The position numbers were made by a program, and so were the translations under genes. Below are positions 10,518 through 20,264 of a stretch of 64,000 bases of DNA, piece by piece. This DNA comes from an uncultured Methanosarcinaceae archaeon (GTDB lineage: Archaea > Halobacteriota > Methanosarcinia > Methanosarcinales > Methanosarcinaceae). Below the pieces are notes generated by a model, which saw nothing but the letters and a program-made list of their open reading frames with translations, was not told where the DNA came from and made no database searches. Every line of letters begins with the position of its first letter. Positions within the stretch are counted from its first letter, which is position 1. The stretch is from assembly GCA_963847185.1 (NCBI GenBank), contig CAWJYV010000010.1:640001-704000 (forward strand). Direction: 5' to 3'.

Positions 10518-11978
10518 TTGGATATGAAAAAATATGATGTAATTGTTATCGGGGCAGGCATAAGCGGGCTTCTAGCGACTCTGACCCTTTCAAAGCACGG
10601 AAAAAAAGTCCTTTTACTTGAGAAAATGAGGTATCTGGGGGGGAACTGCAATAGTTACATGGTAGACGGTTATCAGGTAGATACCGGAGTACACGCGATT
10701 ACTCACCTGATGGAAGGGCCTCTGAAAATGTTGATGGATAATTATTTTGATTATCTGCCTGTGTTTGAAGACTATGGGTATTACTATATCCGGACTGAAA
10801 ATACTTTTGTCAAAGTTCCTTCCAATCTGAAAGATTTCGTTACCTTTGACGTACTTCCGAGAAAGGACAGAGTTTTACTTTCCCAGACCCTTACAAAGGC
10901 TTTTACCCTTTCCTCATTCGGAATAGATCTTTCGAACCGGTCAGTACATGATTTCCTGCCTAAGAATCTTTCTGAAGACACATACAATTTTGTGGACACA
11001 ATGTGTATTTCCCTTTCTGGAAAGCCCATGAAGGAGACATCAGCCAAACGCGTCCTGTATGGCAGCAATTTTGTCAGAGACAGCATTACTCAGGAGCAGT
11101 TTGATGCCATGATAGGAAAGCTTGAGCCGAAAAAACCTCAGTCTGTAGAATCTATCCTTGCCTCAATTCTTCCGTATCATCTCCACGCTTCCCTACAGGC
11201 CAGAATGACCAAAGTCACCCATCCTTTTACATCTCTGGAAAGACTTGCAACAAATGATGTAAATTATTCTCAGGGCTACCCCAGAAAAGGATTAAAGGCT
11301 TTACTTAACGCTCTTCTCTACTCCCTTCCGGAAACAGTCGAGATCAAAAAAGAATGTGAAGTAAAATCCATTCTGACACAGGACGGAAAGATATCAGGTG
11401 TAGAAGCCGATGAGATCTATTACTCAGATCTTGTAGTTTATACAGGATTTGCAACAGAACTGCCCAGACTTGTAAAGGATCTTCCTCCAGAGTATGCAGT
11501 AGATTTAAAAGATATTGTTCATAGCAAAAGCCTGACTATCTGGCTTGGCTTGAAGGAGGAGATTCCGGAATTCAACTATACTGGCTCGGAAATTTGGTTT
11601 AAGGATCTTGCTTACTGGGCAACTCCCATCAGCAATTATGACCCATCACTTGCTCCCAAGGACAAACAGCTAATAGGCTTTTCATTTGTAATCGACGAAA
11701 ACAGTGATGAAATACAAGAACTTAAAAGAGCCTACGACACCATTTTCCGTGCAGTTCCAAACGCTGAGAAACATATAGATATGCAGCATGAGCAGATAAT
11801 GATCCCCGAAAAAGCTGCAGTCACAATCAATGGAAAGTTTGCAGATATTCGGACTCCAATTAAAAATCTCTATATTGCAGGCACGGACACTGACATGCGT
11901 AGCATGGGAATTACACGGGCTTCATATTCGATCATTGAGCTCCTGAAAACCCTTAATGAGGATGGGAATCTCCATTAA
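10518..11978 (+). CDS. FAD-dependent oxidoreductase, phytoene-desaturase-like (COG1233)
   Basis: GAGISG dinucleotide fold, GGNCNS...DTGVH, C-terminal RTPIKNLYIAG. Confidence 0.85.
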   Translation: MDMKKYDVIVIGAGISGLLATLTLSKHGKKVLLLEKMRYLGGNCNSYMVDGYQVDTGVHAITHLMEGPLKMLMDNYFDYLPVFEDYGYYYIRTENTFVKVPSNLKDFVTFDVLPRKDRVLLSQTLTKAFTLSSFGIDLSNRSVHDFLPKNLSEDTYNFVDTMCISLSGKPMKETSAKRVLYGSNFVRDSITQEQFDAMIGKLEPKKPQSVESILASILPYHLHASLQARMTKVTHPFTSLERLATNDVNYSQGYPRKGLKALLNALLYSLPETVEIKKECEVKSILTQDGKISGVEADEIYYSDLVVYTGFATELPRLVKDLPPEYAVDLKDIVHSKSLTIWLGLKEEIPEFNYTGSEIWFKDLAYWATPISNYDPSLAPKDKQLIGFSFVIDENSDEIQELKRAYDTIFRAVPNAEKHIDMQHEQIMIPEKAAVTINGKFADIRTPIKNLYIAGTDTDMRSMGITRASYSIIELLKTLNEDGNLH

Positions 11979-12062
11979 AGCTAATACGAAACTGAAGAAT
12001 TAATGAATAAGCCTAACTGGATCAAAACAAGGACTCAGTTCAAAAATCTAGTGATAAAGTAA

Positions 12063-12263
12063 GTGTAACGTCACTACACAAATTTATAATTGTATAATTA
12101 TGTAATGATGTTACGGCAAAAATAATGATGGCTATAAATCTTGCTCTTAATAACTTTTCGGAGCTTCCTCCTCTTTTACATCTTTTTGATATTTTTGATA
12201 ATGATTTCGAATATTTCACAAAAGGGTTTTTTCGTAGAAAAACTCCTCCGGTTTGTTCTATTT
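12063..12263 (+). mobile_element. Possible truncated IS left end and transposase N-terminus (ISNCY-like)
   Basis: Inverted repeat at 12065-12114, then an ORF from 12125 (FDNDFEYFTKGFFRRKTPPVC) that I recall resembling Methanosarcina ISNCY-type transposase N-termini. It is cut off by the next element. Confidence 0.35.
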
Positions 12264-12514
12264 CCGACCTTCTGCAGATGTTCTCAAAAAAGCAACATTT
12301 TTCTTGCTATTGATTTTGGAGAATTATTCAAAATCTCCGGTTATTATCTCAAGTGAAGCTTTGGGAAATGGGGTTGAAAGTTTTTATTGAAAGCAAAAAG
12401 GTCGAAAATTGCAGGACATTTCAAAAATACTTTTTTGGATCGCATGCACATTTACCAGAAAAACAATAGCAGAAAAAATTGTGAAAAATTATAAGGACAT
12501 GTGCAGAAAGTGGG
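12264..12514. mobile_element. MITE, family B (IS1634-like ends)
   Basis: Left end CCGACCTTCTGCAGATGTTCT and right end (reverse complement) CCCACTTTCTGCACATGTCCT. The ends resemble those of 38385-38624. No target duplication is visible. Confidence 0.5.
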
Positions 12515-12771
12515 ATACAAAACAGCGAAGAACCTAAGAATATAAAATGTGCCAATTTATACTTTCAGTCGAATCAAAACTATAGAATGGAAAAAAATAC
12601 ATTTATGGTCACGTACCTACATTTCTTCACTAATATTAAATCTAAAAATTAATCATGAACACGGAAATTTATTTTAATATTTCTTTCTTCTTCGTATTGT
12701 TTGATATTATGGAATTTCTAAACCTATATGAGTAATTGTGTTTAAAACTATTATCATTTTTTAAAATTTGG

Positions 12772-13878
12772 TTAATTTATGAGTTCACTATAAAGTTCTT
12801 GCTTAACTGCCACTCTTTTTACGGAATAATTTTTCAAGATTTCCTCTTCCTCAGACTTTACCATCATTTTTACCAGTTCTTTAAATTTGACTTTTGGCTG
12901 CCAGCCAAGTATTTTTCTGGCTTTTGAGGAATCTCCTATGAGAATATCGACTTCAGTTGGCCTGTAATATCTAGGGTCTATTTCAACTATCACTTTGCCT
13001 GTACTGGCGTCAATTCCGACTTCATCTGCACCTTTTCCCTGCCAAACGATGTCGATTCCTACTTCTCTAAATGCAAATTCCGCAAATTCTCTGACTGAAT
13101 GGGTTTCGCCTGTAGCTATAACATAATCATCGGGTTTTTTCTGCTGGAGCATGAGCCACATTGCTTCTACATAGTCTTTTGCAAAACCCCAGTCCCTTTT
13201 TGCATCAAGATTGCCCAGGTAAAGTTTATCCTGAATACCATATTTTATTCTTGCAGCAGCCATTGCAATTTTTCTTGTAACAAAAGTCTCTCCTCTGATT
13301 GGAGATTCATGATTAAAAAGAATGCCATTGCATGCGAAAATACCGTAGGTTTCTCGATATACTCTGGTTATCCAGTAGGCATATAGCTTGGCTGCTGCAT
13401 AAGGACTTATTGGATAAAAAGGAGTGTTTTCTTTCTGGGGAGTTGCCTTGACATTTCCGTAAAGGTCACTTGTTGAGGCCTGGTAGAATTTCGTCTTCTT
13501 GTCAAAGTGGAGAATACGGATGGCATCAAGTAGCCTCAAAGTTCCAAGCCCGTCTGAATCTAATGTGTATTCCGGAGTTTCAAAAGAAACCTGCACATGG
13601 CTCTGAGCCGCAAGATTATAGATTTCATCGGGCTGCAATTTCTGGATAATACGGGTAAGGTTTGTCAAATCAGTAAGATCTCCATAATGCATGAAAAAAT
13701 CGACATTATTCTCATGGGGATCTTTGTAAATATGATCTATTCTTTCAGTGTTAAAAGAGGAAGAGCGCCGCTTTATTCCGTGTACAATATATCCTTTCTC
13801 AAGCAAAAATTCGGCAAGATATGCGCCATCCTGACCTGTAATCCCTGTTATTAGTGCAATTTTCGACAACCCATTCAC
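12772..13878 (-). CDS. gmd: GDP-mannose 4,6-dehydratase
   Basis: [59 protein letters not shown]. Confidence 0.97.
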   Translation of the reverse strand: MNGLSKIALITGITGQDGAYLAEFLLEKGYIVHGIKRRSSSFNTERIDHIYKDPHENNVDFFMHYGDLTDLTNLTRIIQKLQPDEIYNLAAQSHVQVSFETPEYTLDSDGLGTLRLLDAIRILHFDKKTKFYQASTSDLYGNVKATPQKENTPFYPISPYAAAKLYAYWITRVYRETYGIFACNGILFNHESPIRGETFVTRKIAMAAARIKYGIQDKLYLGNLDAKRDWGFAKDYVEAMWLMLQQKKPDDYVIATGETHSVREFAEFAFREVGIDIVWQGKGADEVGIDASTGKVIVEIDPRYYRPTEVDILIGDSSKARKILGWQPKVKFKELVKMMVKSEEEEILKNYSVKRVAVKQELYSELIN

Positions 13879-14515
13879 TCCATTATTTTAAAACTTATGC
13901 TAAAGATTCTTGACCTGAATCATGTTTTTCATATACCCTCGTATCAAGGCTTATTTTTCCAATTTGGAGAATTGAGAACAGTTAGTACTGAGTTTTACAT
14001 CTGCAGAATTCTGGAAGTATTTTTTTCATTCTTTAAATAATTAAATAAGTGTAGCTATTTAAACTATTTGTCTTATTTCGTCAATTAATCAAAATTGTTC
14101 TTTTTGGTTATTCCTTTTTTATTTATCCCCTAATTTTCATCTATAAAGGCTAACTTTTTTTATACAATTTTTCAAATATTCCTTTTTAAAAGAATCATAA
14201 GTTTAAAATGAGGAATCAATGACTGAAACCTACAGGTATCTGCAAAATTAAATTAATCGTAGAGTCTAATGTACTTTATTGGCTCTTCGCTACTTCGAGT
14301 AGATAATTTAAAGATCGCGTACTTTAATTATGGATCAGATCCAAAAAAGAGAGTACATTTCCAGACATAGAAATATGTAGAAATGGTTCTGATGCAGCCT
14401 GTATTCTGCATTTTCCCCGTTTTCCGCAGTTTACCTTTTCATTTAAGAACGACGAAAGAGTTACTCTAGAATTACAAAATCCTAGTTTATGAAGTGTCAA
14501 TTTTTAATATATATA

Positions 14516-15653
14516 GGACTTACGCATTTGCCTGCTTTGCAGGCAACTTTTTAATTTTTTCGATATTTAGGTTAAGGTATATATTGGCTTTTTTAAAAAT
14601 TGGCTAACAGCATTTCTTGTAATGTTCCACTTTGTTTCAAACCATGTAACTCCTGTTTTTATCCTTTGAATTTCAAATCTTAGAAATGCTCTTATTGCCA
14701 TCATAATATGTGCTCTCTGCACATTGTTTCTTCTTGCCTGACAGCGTTCTACTCCACAAAACTGTTTTATTCCCCTATGATACTCTTCAATTTTCCAGGC
14801 TTTTTTCCCTAACTCTTTCCTTTTTTCTTCTTTCATATCCAGTACATCTGTAGCCCAGTATTGCGCGTCTTCGTCCTTGGAAACTATCCAAAATACCTTA
14901 ATAAAGCCATATTCTTTCAGATGAACTGTCATTCCTTCTGGTGGAATAGTTAACAATTCAATTGCTACATTACCAGTCTTATCAGGGTTAACTAACCGGT
15001 TTTTCTTCAACCTCGTTAACCAGTGCCATCCTTTTTTCCTGATTTCTTTGAGATTCTTTATGCTTGAATACCATGTATCAAAAAGAACAAATTCTGGTCT
15101 AAAACCACGTTCTTCTGCCTTATTTAGCATGTCAAGGAAGTGATCATTTTTTGTTTTTCCGTCAGTATCTATATCGTAAATTTTAAAGTCAACAGGAATT
15201 ATAGCATCATTATATGTCCAGACAACGGTTTCAAGATTGATTCCATTTACAATCTGATGATGTTTACCACTCCATTGCCTGTAAACAAGATCGATGTGTT
15301 TGGAATAAGGTTTATCGAGAACAGTATCATCGATAATAAGAAAGCCAGTTTCAGGAATGACAAAAGTCTTGACTTCGTCCCATAAAGCCTCCGTTTCCGG
15401 AGGCTGCCTTAGAAGAAGACGAGAAAAAGAGTCATGAGATGGACTATTAGAGTCTATAAAACTGCACTTAGAAGCTTCAGTACAGCTGAAGACGCGAGAA
15501 GAAGCAATGAGAAAGTTGATATAATCAAGTTCAGTGCATTTAGCAGGATTTATTTAATTCAACTCAAAGATTTTTTTTTGATTATATTGCATATATTATA
15601 TTAAAAGATGTATTTTAATATGATTTACAAAAGTGCTTCAACCGCGTAAGTCC
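14516..15653 (-). mobile_element. IS701-family insertion sequence
   Basis: Inverted ends GGACTTACGC (14516) and GCGTAAGTCC (15653), each flanked by a TATATATA run. Encloses a DDE transposase frame. Confidence 0.85.
14567..15553 (-). CDS. IS701-family DDE transposase; open frame begins with ATA
   Basis: Hand translation gives 328 sense codons: INPAKCTELDYINFLIAS...LIIDDTVLDKPY...WSGKHH...FDTWY...WKIEEYHRGIKQ. There is no ATG/GTG/TTG before 15130. Confidence 0.8.
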   Translation of the reverse strand: MNPAKCTELDYINFLIASSRVFSCTEASKCSFIDSNSPSHDSFSRLLLRQPPETEALWDEVKTFVIPETGFLIIDDTVLDKPYSKHIDLVYRQWSGKHHQIVNGINLETVVWTYNDAIIPVDFKIYDIDTDGKTKNDHFLDMLNKAEERGFRPEFVLFDTWYSSIKNLKEIRKKGWHWLTRLKKNRLVNPDKTGNVAIELLTIPPEGMTVHLKEYGFIKVFWIVSKDEDAQYWATDVLDMKEEKRKELGKKAWKIEEYHRGIKQFCGVERCQARRNNVQRAHIMMAIRAFLRFEIQRIKTGVTWFETKWNITRNAVSQFLKKPIYTLT

Positions 15654-15690
15654 TATATATACTATAACATTCAAAGGCCTGGATTTAATT

Positions 15691-16053
15691 TCAGCAGGTC
15701 ACGTGGAACATTGAAATAACCTTTCCTTTGCTTTTGTTCCATACTTTGATCGCTTTTGGAGTGGGGAGGAGTTTTACAGTACAGTCTTTTTTTTCAAAAA
15801 ACTTCTCTGCCTTTTTTGAGAGTTTAACATGCCCGTACTGGCCTGTTCCTATAATCACCTTTTCTGCTCCTTTCTCATAGATGTATTGTGCCTCTGCAAG
15901 CGACACTTTATGTGAGGTTCCATAGACTTTTTTCGAAAGCTTTTTCCTGCGCTTTTCTATATGTCCATCCATATGGATGAGAATATCGTGCTCAAAGGTC
16001 TCCTTTTTGACTGTAATCGAGCCAAAAGTTGTTGAGTTAATCATCGGTTTCAT
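15691..16053 (-). CDS. Mth938-like (DUF498) protein
   Basis: FGSITV...DILI...GTSH...VIIGTG...PTPKAI...FHVTC pattern. Confidence 0.8.
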   Translation of the reverse strand: MKPMINSTTFGSITVKKETFEHDILIHMDGHIEKRRKKLSKKVYGTSHKVSLAEAQYIYEKGAEKVIIGTGQYGHVKLSKKAEKFFEKKDCTVKLLPTPKAIKVWNKSKGKVISMFHVTC

Positions 16054-16185
16054 TGTTCACCCCGATTTTACTTATTTTCTTTTTATTTTCTTGTTATCTT
16101 CTGCTCTTACCTTATTTATCTCCTTAAGAAACAGTTTTTAATGGTTTTCTATATCTGGTGGCTAGGGTGCTTCTCATTTCAAGAA

Positions 16186-16490
16186 TAGTGTCCCGTCAAC
16201 AATAAAATGTCTTTATATTTATATCGTATTACACATAAAGAGTTTTGAGATTACTTATGAATGATACACTGTGGCACTTACTGAAGACGAACGTGAAGCT
16301 CTTCGTGAACTTATTTCAAAGGGTAAACATAACTCGCAAAATGTTCTCAACGCTCTGATCTTACTTAGTTGCGATAAAAGTGAATTTAACGCTAACCATT
16401 CAACAAATGAAGAAATCTCACGTATTTTGGACATCAGCATGAGAAAAATTGATCGTGGTAAGAAACGATTTGTTGAAGAAGATCTTGGAG
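16186..16490 (+). mobile_element. Truncated IS630-family element (left end plus HTH part of the transposase)
   Basis: TAGTGTCCCGTCAA end, then YTVALTEDEREALRELISKGK...NALILLSCD...EEISRILDIS...KRFVEE. Confidence 0.65.
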
Positions 16491-16892
16491 AATTGAGGAG
16501 ACACTAATTTAAACATGGATCTGGAAGAGAACATTTTTCTTGACATGGATACCGCAGTTCCGTTAGGCATAATCATCAATGAACTTCTTTCTAATTCCCT
16601 CAAATATGCATTTCCTAACAGAGAAGATAATGGGAAAATTCAAATCAAACATTGTAGAGAAGAAACCTCGAAAATAAAGTCAATAGAGCAGGAAACAATG
16701 ATAAGAGCTTAAAGGGTCGACAATTTTATCCTGATAGTCTCAATAATGGGATTGGCCTACCTGAAAGTGTTCCGGAATTCTGAAGGTCTTGGCATACAAC
16801 TTGTTACAACGCTTGTAGACCAGCTAGAAGGTAGAATTGAATTAAAACGAGACAACGGAATGGAGCTCATTATAAGGTTTACGGTAGTGTAA
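16490..16892 (+). pseudogene. C-terminal remnant of a HisKA_2 histidine kinase
   Basis: MDLEENIFLDMDTAVPLGIIINELLSNSLKYAFP, then frameshifted GLGIQLVTTLVDQLEGRIELKRDNG. Confidence 0.8.
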
Positions 16893-16974
16893 AAGAAGGA
16901 GAGAAACTATTTTTTAACAGTACCGGGGATCTGTGTGATTGACAAGAAGCCAGACCATGTTATGTGCAGCTATT

Positions 16975-17241
16975 TTAAATTTTCAACAACTGACTATAAT
17001 AACGTGGGTTTTCATCAAGATTCGTTATCGTAGTTCTGGCAGTTAAGTTTGTGTCATTGAACGTAATACTGGTTCGAGGATTTTTGGCGGTTAAGATGGT
17101 ACTATTCGATTTAGGACCACTTAGCTGATTTGAGTTTTTATTTTCTGACTCAAAGTTCATACCAAGCCAGAACTCATGAAGGTTGCCTTTAAATCCGAGC
17201 TGTCGGGCTAACATATTGGTGTAGTCAGATGTGAATTTCAT
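16975..17241 (-). CDS. Small protein, DUF5661-like (divergent)
   Basis: EFWLGMNFESE...TARTTITNLDENPRYYSQL resembles the GxxxExEH...TAKIAxAHLxExPxYYxxL pattern without the His residues. Confidence 0.4.
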   Translation of the reverse strand: MKFTSDYTNMLARQLGFKGNLHEFWLGMNFESENKNSNQLSGPKSNSTILTAKNPRTSITFNDTNLTARTTITNLDENPRYYSQLLKI

Positions 17242-17394
17242 ATTTTATATATAGCATAGAACTGATTTAAACCCGATCCCTTCTAGCACTATTTAGGGAG
17301 ATTTAAAGATATTCTTCAAAATCGGACGGTTGAAACTCGGATGATTAAAACGAGGCAATAAAGATATCCTTTTTTCAGGATTGATTAGCAACTC

Positions 17395-17619
17395 ATGGAT
17401 AAGACCAAATTTTGGTATGGAATCGAAAGGAAGTCAATGAAATATATACTCTGTATAGAAAGATCTGAGAATTTAGAGAAAGACTTTATCGAAATGAAGA
17501 AGCCGTTTTCAGAAAAAAGATCCAGTAAAAAGGCTGAGCTGATTGCTCTCCACAGAATTGCAGAATCGAGAAAAACAGAGGAAAAACGCATCTGTGATAT
17601 CCTTATGCCGTTCATTTAG
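17395..17619 (+). CDS. Hypothetical protein (74 aa)
   Basis: ORF only. Confidence 0.25.
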   Translation: MDKTKFWYGIERKSMKYILCIERSENLEKDFIEMKKPFSEKRSSKKAELIALHRIAESRKTEEKRICDILMPFI

Positions 17620-17686
17620 TTGAGTCTGAGATGCTGGCATCCAGAGAAGATAATCCAGAGCCTTAATTTAATAGATTAAATAATTA

Positions 17687-17799
17687 GGACTTACGCACTT
17701 GAGGTACAAAACCAAGTTCCATCGACTTTGTGACCAAAATCGATATCTAGATAGTTTTAGGCTTAAAGCTATTGATATATCAGCTCAACCGCGTAAGTC
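17687..17799. mobile_element. MITE derived from the IS701 element (family C)
   Basis: Ends GGACTTACGCA and TCAACCGCGTAAGTC match the two ends of the IS at 14516-15653. ~113 bp, non-coding. Confidence 0.8.
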
Positions 17800-17929
17800 A
17801 TGATAATAAAAAATCGGTGACAAGAGTAAGATTTTAGACCTTAACCGTTGAACAATGAATTCCTTTATATACCTTATCCAGAAAGTCTTCTCTCGTTCGA
17901 GATAGTGAGTCTCTATTTGTATAGGCAGA

Positions 17930-18079
17930 TTTATATGTTCTAAGTGCTTTAGATGCATTGAAAATAAAGATCCGTATAATCATCTGTTATTAAAAACCAA
18001 TTTTGTTTTTAATCAAAGGGTTCTATACAATCTTGTTTTTGAACTATCAACTATCCGCTCAAGCGGAGGTGAAACGAAA
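17930..18079 (+). promoter_or_regulatory. TATA box and conserved structured 5' leader, copy 1
   Basis: TTTATATG; AAAATAAAGA..TATAATCATCTGTTATTAAAAAC-loop-GTTTTTAAT..TCTTGTTTTT; TCCGCTCAAGCGGAGGTGA. Confidence 0.8.
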
Positions 18080-18262
18080 ATGGCTTTTAATGACAGAAAT
18101 TTCAGGGGAAATTCCGGAGGCTTCCGCGGTAACAGCGGTCCAAGGGAAATGACAAAAGTGACCTGTTCTGACTGCGGTGTTGAGACTGAAGTTCCGTTCA
18201 AACCAACCGAAGGCAGGCCAGTATACTGCAGGGAATGTCTTCCAAACCACAGAAAATTCTAA
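18080..18262 (+). CDS. RGG-rich CxxC-x17-CxxC zinc-ribbon microprotein (copy 1)
   Basis: FRGNSGGFRG...CSDC-x17-CREC; strong SD GGAGGTGA. Confidence 0.9.
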   Translation: MAFNDRNFRGNSGGFRGNSGPREMTKVTCSDCGVETEVPFKPTEGRPVYCRECLPNHRKF

Positions 18263-18273
18263 AGATAATCTGC

Positions 18274-18316
18274 ATCAGATGTTAATCTTGTAATTAATTT
18301 TATATTAACATCTGAT
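18274..18316 (+). terminator. 3' hairpin after CxxC copy 1
   Basis: ATCAGATGTTAAT...ATTAACATCTGAT followed by T-rich tracts. Confidence 0.55.
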
Positions 18317-18485
18317 TCATCTTTTCTTTTTGTTTTTTTGGCTTATTCTCTTTGTTTCTTCACATATTCTTACCTCGTGCGGCTGAGAAAACTGAGAATA
18401 AAATGGCATAGAGAATGAGAACTAGTATGAACTACCAATCCCAAACTTTTGTTATTTTTTGTTAATGTTTCAAGGAGGAGTTAAT

Positions 18486-18839
18486 TTGGCTAATTACAGA
18501 AGCACTATCCGGAAGAAAAGATTAGGTTCCACAAAACCAGTAAATTCAGGAGATGCCCCTGAAACATCCAGGGTACGAATCCCCCGCAAGGAAAGAAACG
18601 AAGTCCTGGCAACGGTTTCAAGTTTACTGGGCTCAAAAAGGGTAACACTTCAGTGTATGGACGGCATTGTTCGCATGGGCCGTATCCCGGGCTCTAAACA
18701 TAAAAAAATGTGGATTCGTGAAGGTGATATTGTTATTGCCAATCCATGGGAAATTCAGGATTCCAAAGCCGAAGTAACCTGGAAATACACAAGACCTCAG
18801 ATTGAATGGCTTGAGAGAAAAGGTTACCTTAATTTCTAA
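18486..18839 (+). CDS. eif1a: Translation initiation factor aIF-1A (paralog 1)
   Basis: [19 protein letters not shown]...[34 protein letters not shown] start after GGAGG, matching paralog 2. Confidence 0.95.
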   Translation: MANYRSTIRKKRLGSTKPVNSGDAPETSRVRIPRKERNEVLATVSSLLGSKRVTLQCMDGIVRMGRIPGSKHKKMWIREGDIVIANPWEIQDSKAEVTWKYTRPQIEWLERKGYLNF

Positions 18840-19154
18840 TTAAGGTGGGCTAATAAAGATGCCTGATGAAGGCATCTAAAATAGAGGTATCTAAAAAGAC
18901 GCTGAAATCCTTTTTTACTTTTCTGGATTTCGCTTTGTCAATATATTTTCTTCAGACCAGTTTTAGAGTAACAATATCCTTTTGTTTAGATGACTATTTT
19001 TTCATATTAAACTGAAATTGCCAGCATTGTAACGAATTGGTAAAAGCAAAATAGATATATCGAAGAGAAAAGTGAATTAAAGAAAGATCAGTTAAAATGT
19101 CATTGTTGAGTGTTCTTCTTTTGGTCAGACTTTCAGCAAGTAATTTAATATTTT

Positions 19155-20219
19155 TTATATGTATCCTCTTTTTGAATTACTGGCATTTCCCATGTTTCCT
19201 TCAAACCATCTGCAGTATTCTTCAGGGCATTGCTTCTCAGGACACTCATGAATATACTCAAGGATATCATTGAGTTTTGCGCTGGCCATTGATATTGAAG
19301 TATCTGCACTTCCGTAATAAATTCGGAGTTCATCATTCACTATCACCCATCCGCAGGGGAAAACAACATCATTAACATCTCCACTACGCTCATAAGGTTC
19401 GCGGGGTCCGAAAACCCATCCTTCTGATCTGTGGAGCACTTTCCTGGGATCTTCAAGATCAAGAAGAGCCAGTCCAAGTCGATAACTTTTTTTAGGGGTT
19501 GTCTGGCGTACTCCATGGTACATAACCAACCAACCGTCAGATACACGAAGTGGCTGCGGAGATAAGCCTATTTTGTATGCATCCCACCATCCCCCTTCCC
19601 GAGCATATAGAAGAACCTGATGTTCCCCCCAGGATCTCAAATCTGTGGAAAAGGAGATCCAGATGTTTGCCTTTAAAGTATGACCTGTAGGTGCAGGTCT
19701 GTGCAAAATTGCCCATTTGTTATTAAATTTTACAGGGAATATAGCAACATCTTTGTTATCAGGAGGCATGACAGGTCCTATTCGTTCAAATGCCCTGAAA
19801 TCCTCTGTAAAAGCAAGAGCCGGCAAAGGACCTGAGTCCGAAAAAGCTGTATATGCTATAGCCCACTTTCCCATTTCATCTATGTAAGTTATTCGTGGGT
19901 CTTCAACTCCGTATATCTCTTCAGGATAGTTTAGAGGATCTGGAAAAAAAGTTGGTTTACTGTCAATTTCCCAGCCATTGATTCCGTTTTTACTCCTGGC
20001 TACTGTAAAATGAGAAAAGCCCCTGTGGTCTTCAACACGCGCCAGTAATAAAATTTCATCATTAACTATGGCGGCTGCAGGGTTAAACACTGAATTAGCC
20101 TGGTAAGGCCAATCTTCAACTGTAAGTATAGGATTTTTTTTATGGCGTACAAATAGTTCCCCATGGTCTTTCCAGATCATATTATTCCCCATCCCTTTCA
20201 GATTTTTATTATTCCTCAT
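19155..20219 (-). CDS. GH130-like glycosidase/phosphorylase (5-bladed propeller)
   Basis: NSVFNPAA, GVEDPRIT, DNKD, WLVMYHGV, YERSGDVNDVVFPCG, IYYGSAD. The real start may be the ATG at 20180. Confidence 0.9.
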   Translation of the reverse strand: MRNNKNLKGMGNNMIWKDHGELFVRHKKNPILTVEDWPYQANSVFNPAAAIVNDEILLLARVEDHRGFSHFTVARSKNGINGWEIDSKPTFFPDPLNYPEEIYGVEDPRITYIDEMGKWAIAYTAFSDSGPLPALAFTEDFRAFERIGPVMPPDNKDVAIFPVKFNNKWAILHRPAPTGHTLKANIWISFSTDLRSWGEHQVLLYAREGGWWDAYKIGLSPQPLRVSDGWLVMYHGVRQTTPKKSYRLGLALLDLEDPRKVLHRSEGWVFGPREPYERSGDVNDVVFPCGWVIVNDELRIYYGSADTSISMASAKLNDILEYIHECPEKQCPEEYCRWFEGNMGNASNSKRGYI

Positions 20220-20264
20220 TAAAAGCTATGCAAATAAAAACTAAAAACTGCACACAACTCCTTT

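Noticed and set aside
18857-18935. Hammerhead ribozyme (CTGATGA...GAAA)
   Set aside because: CTGATGA is the loop region of a simple AGATGCC/GGCATCT hairpin; stems I and II cannot be formed convincingly.
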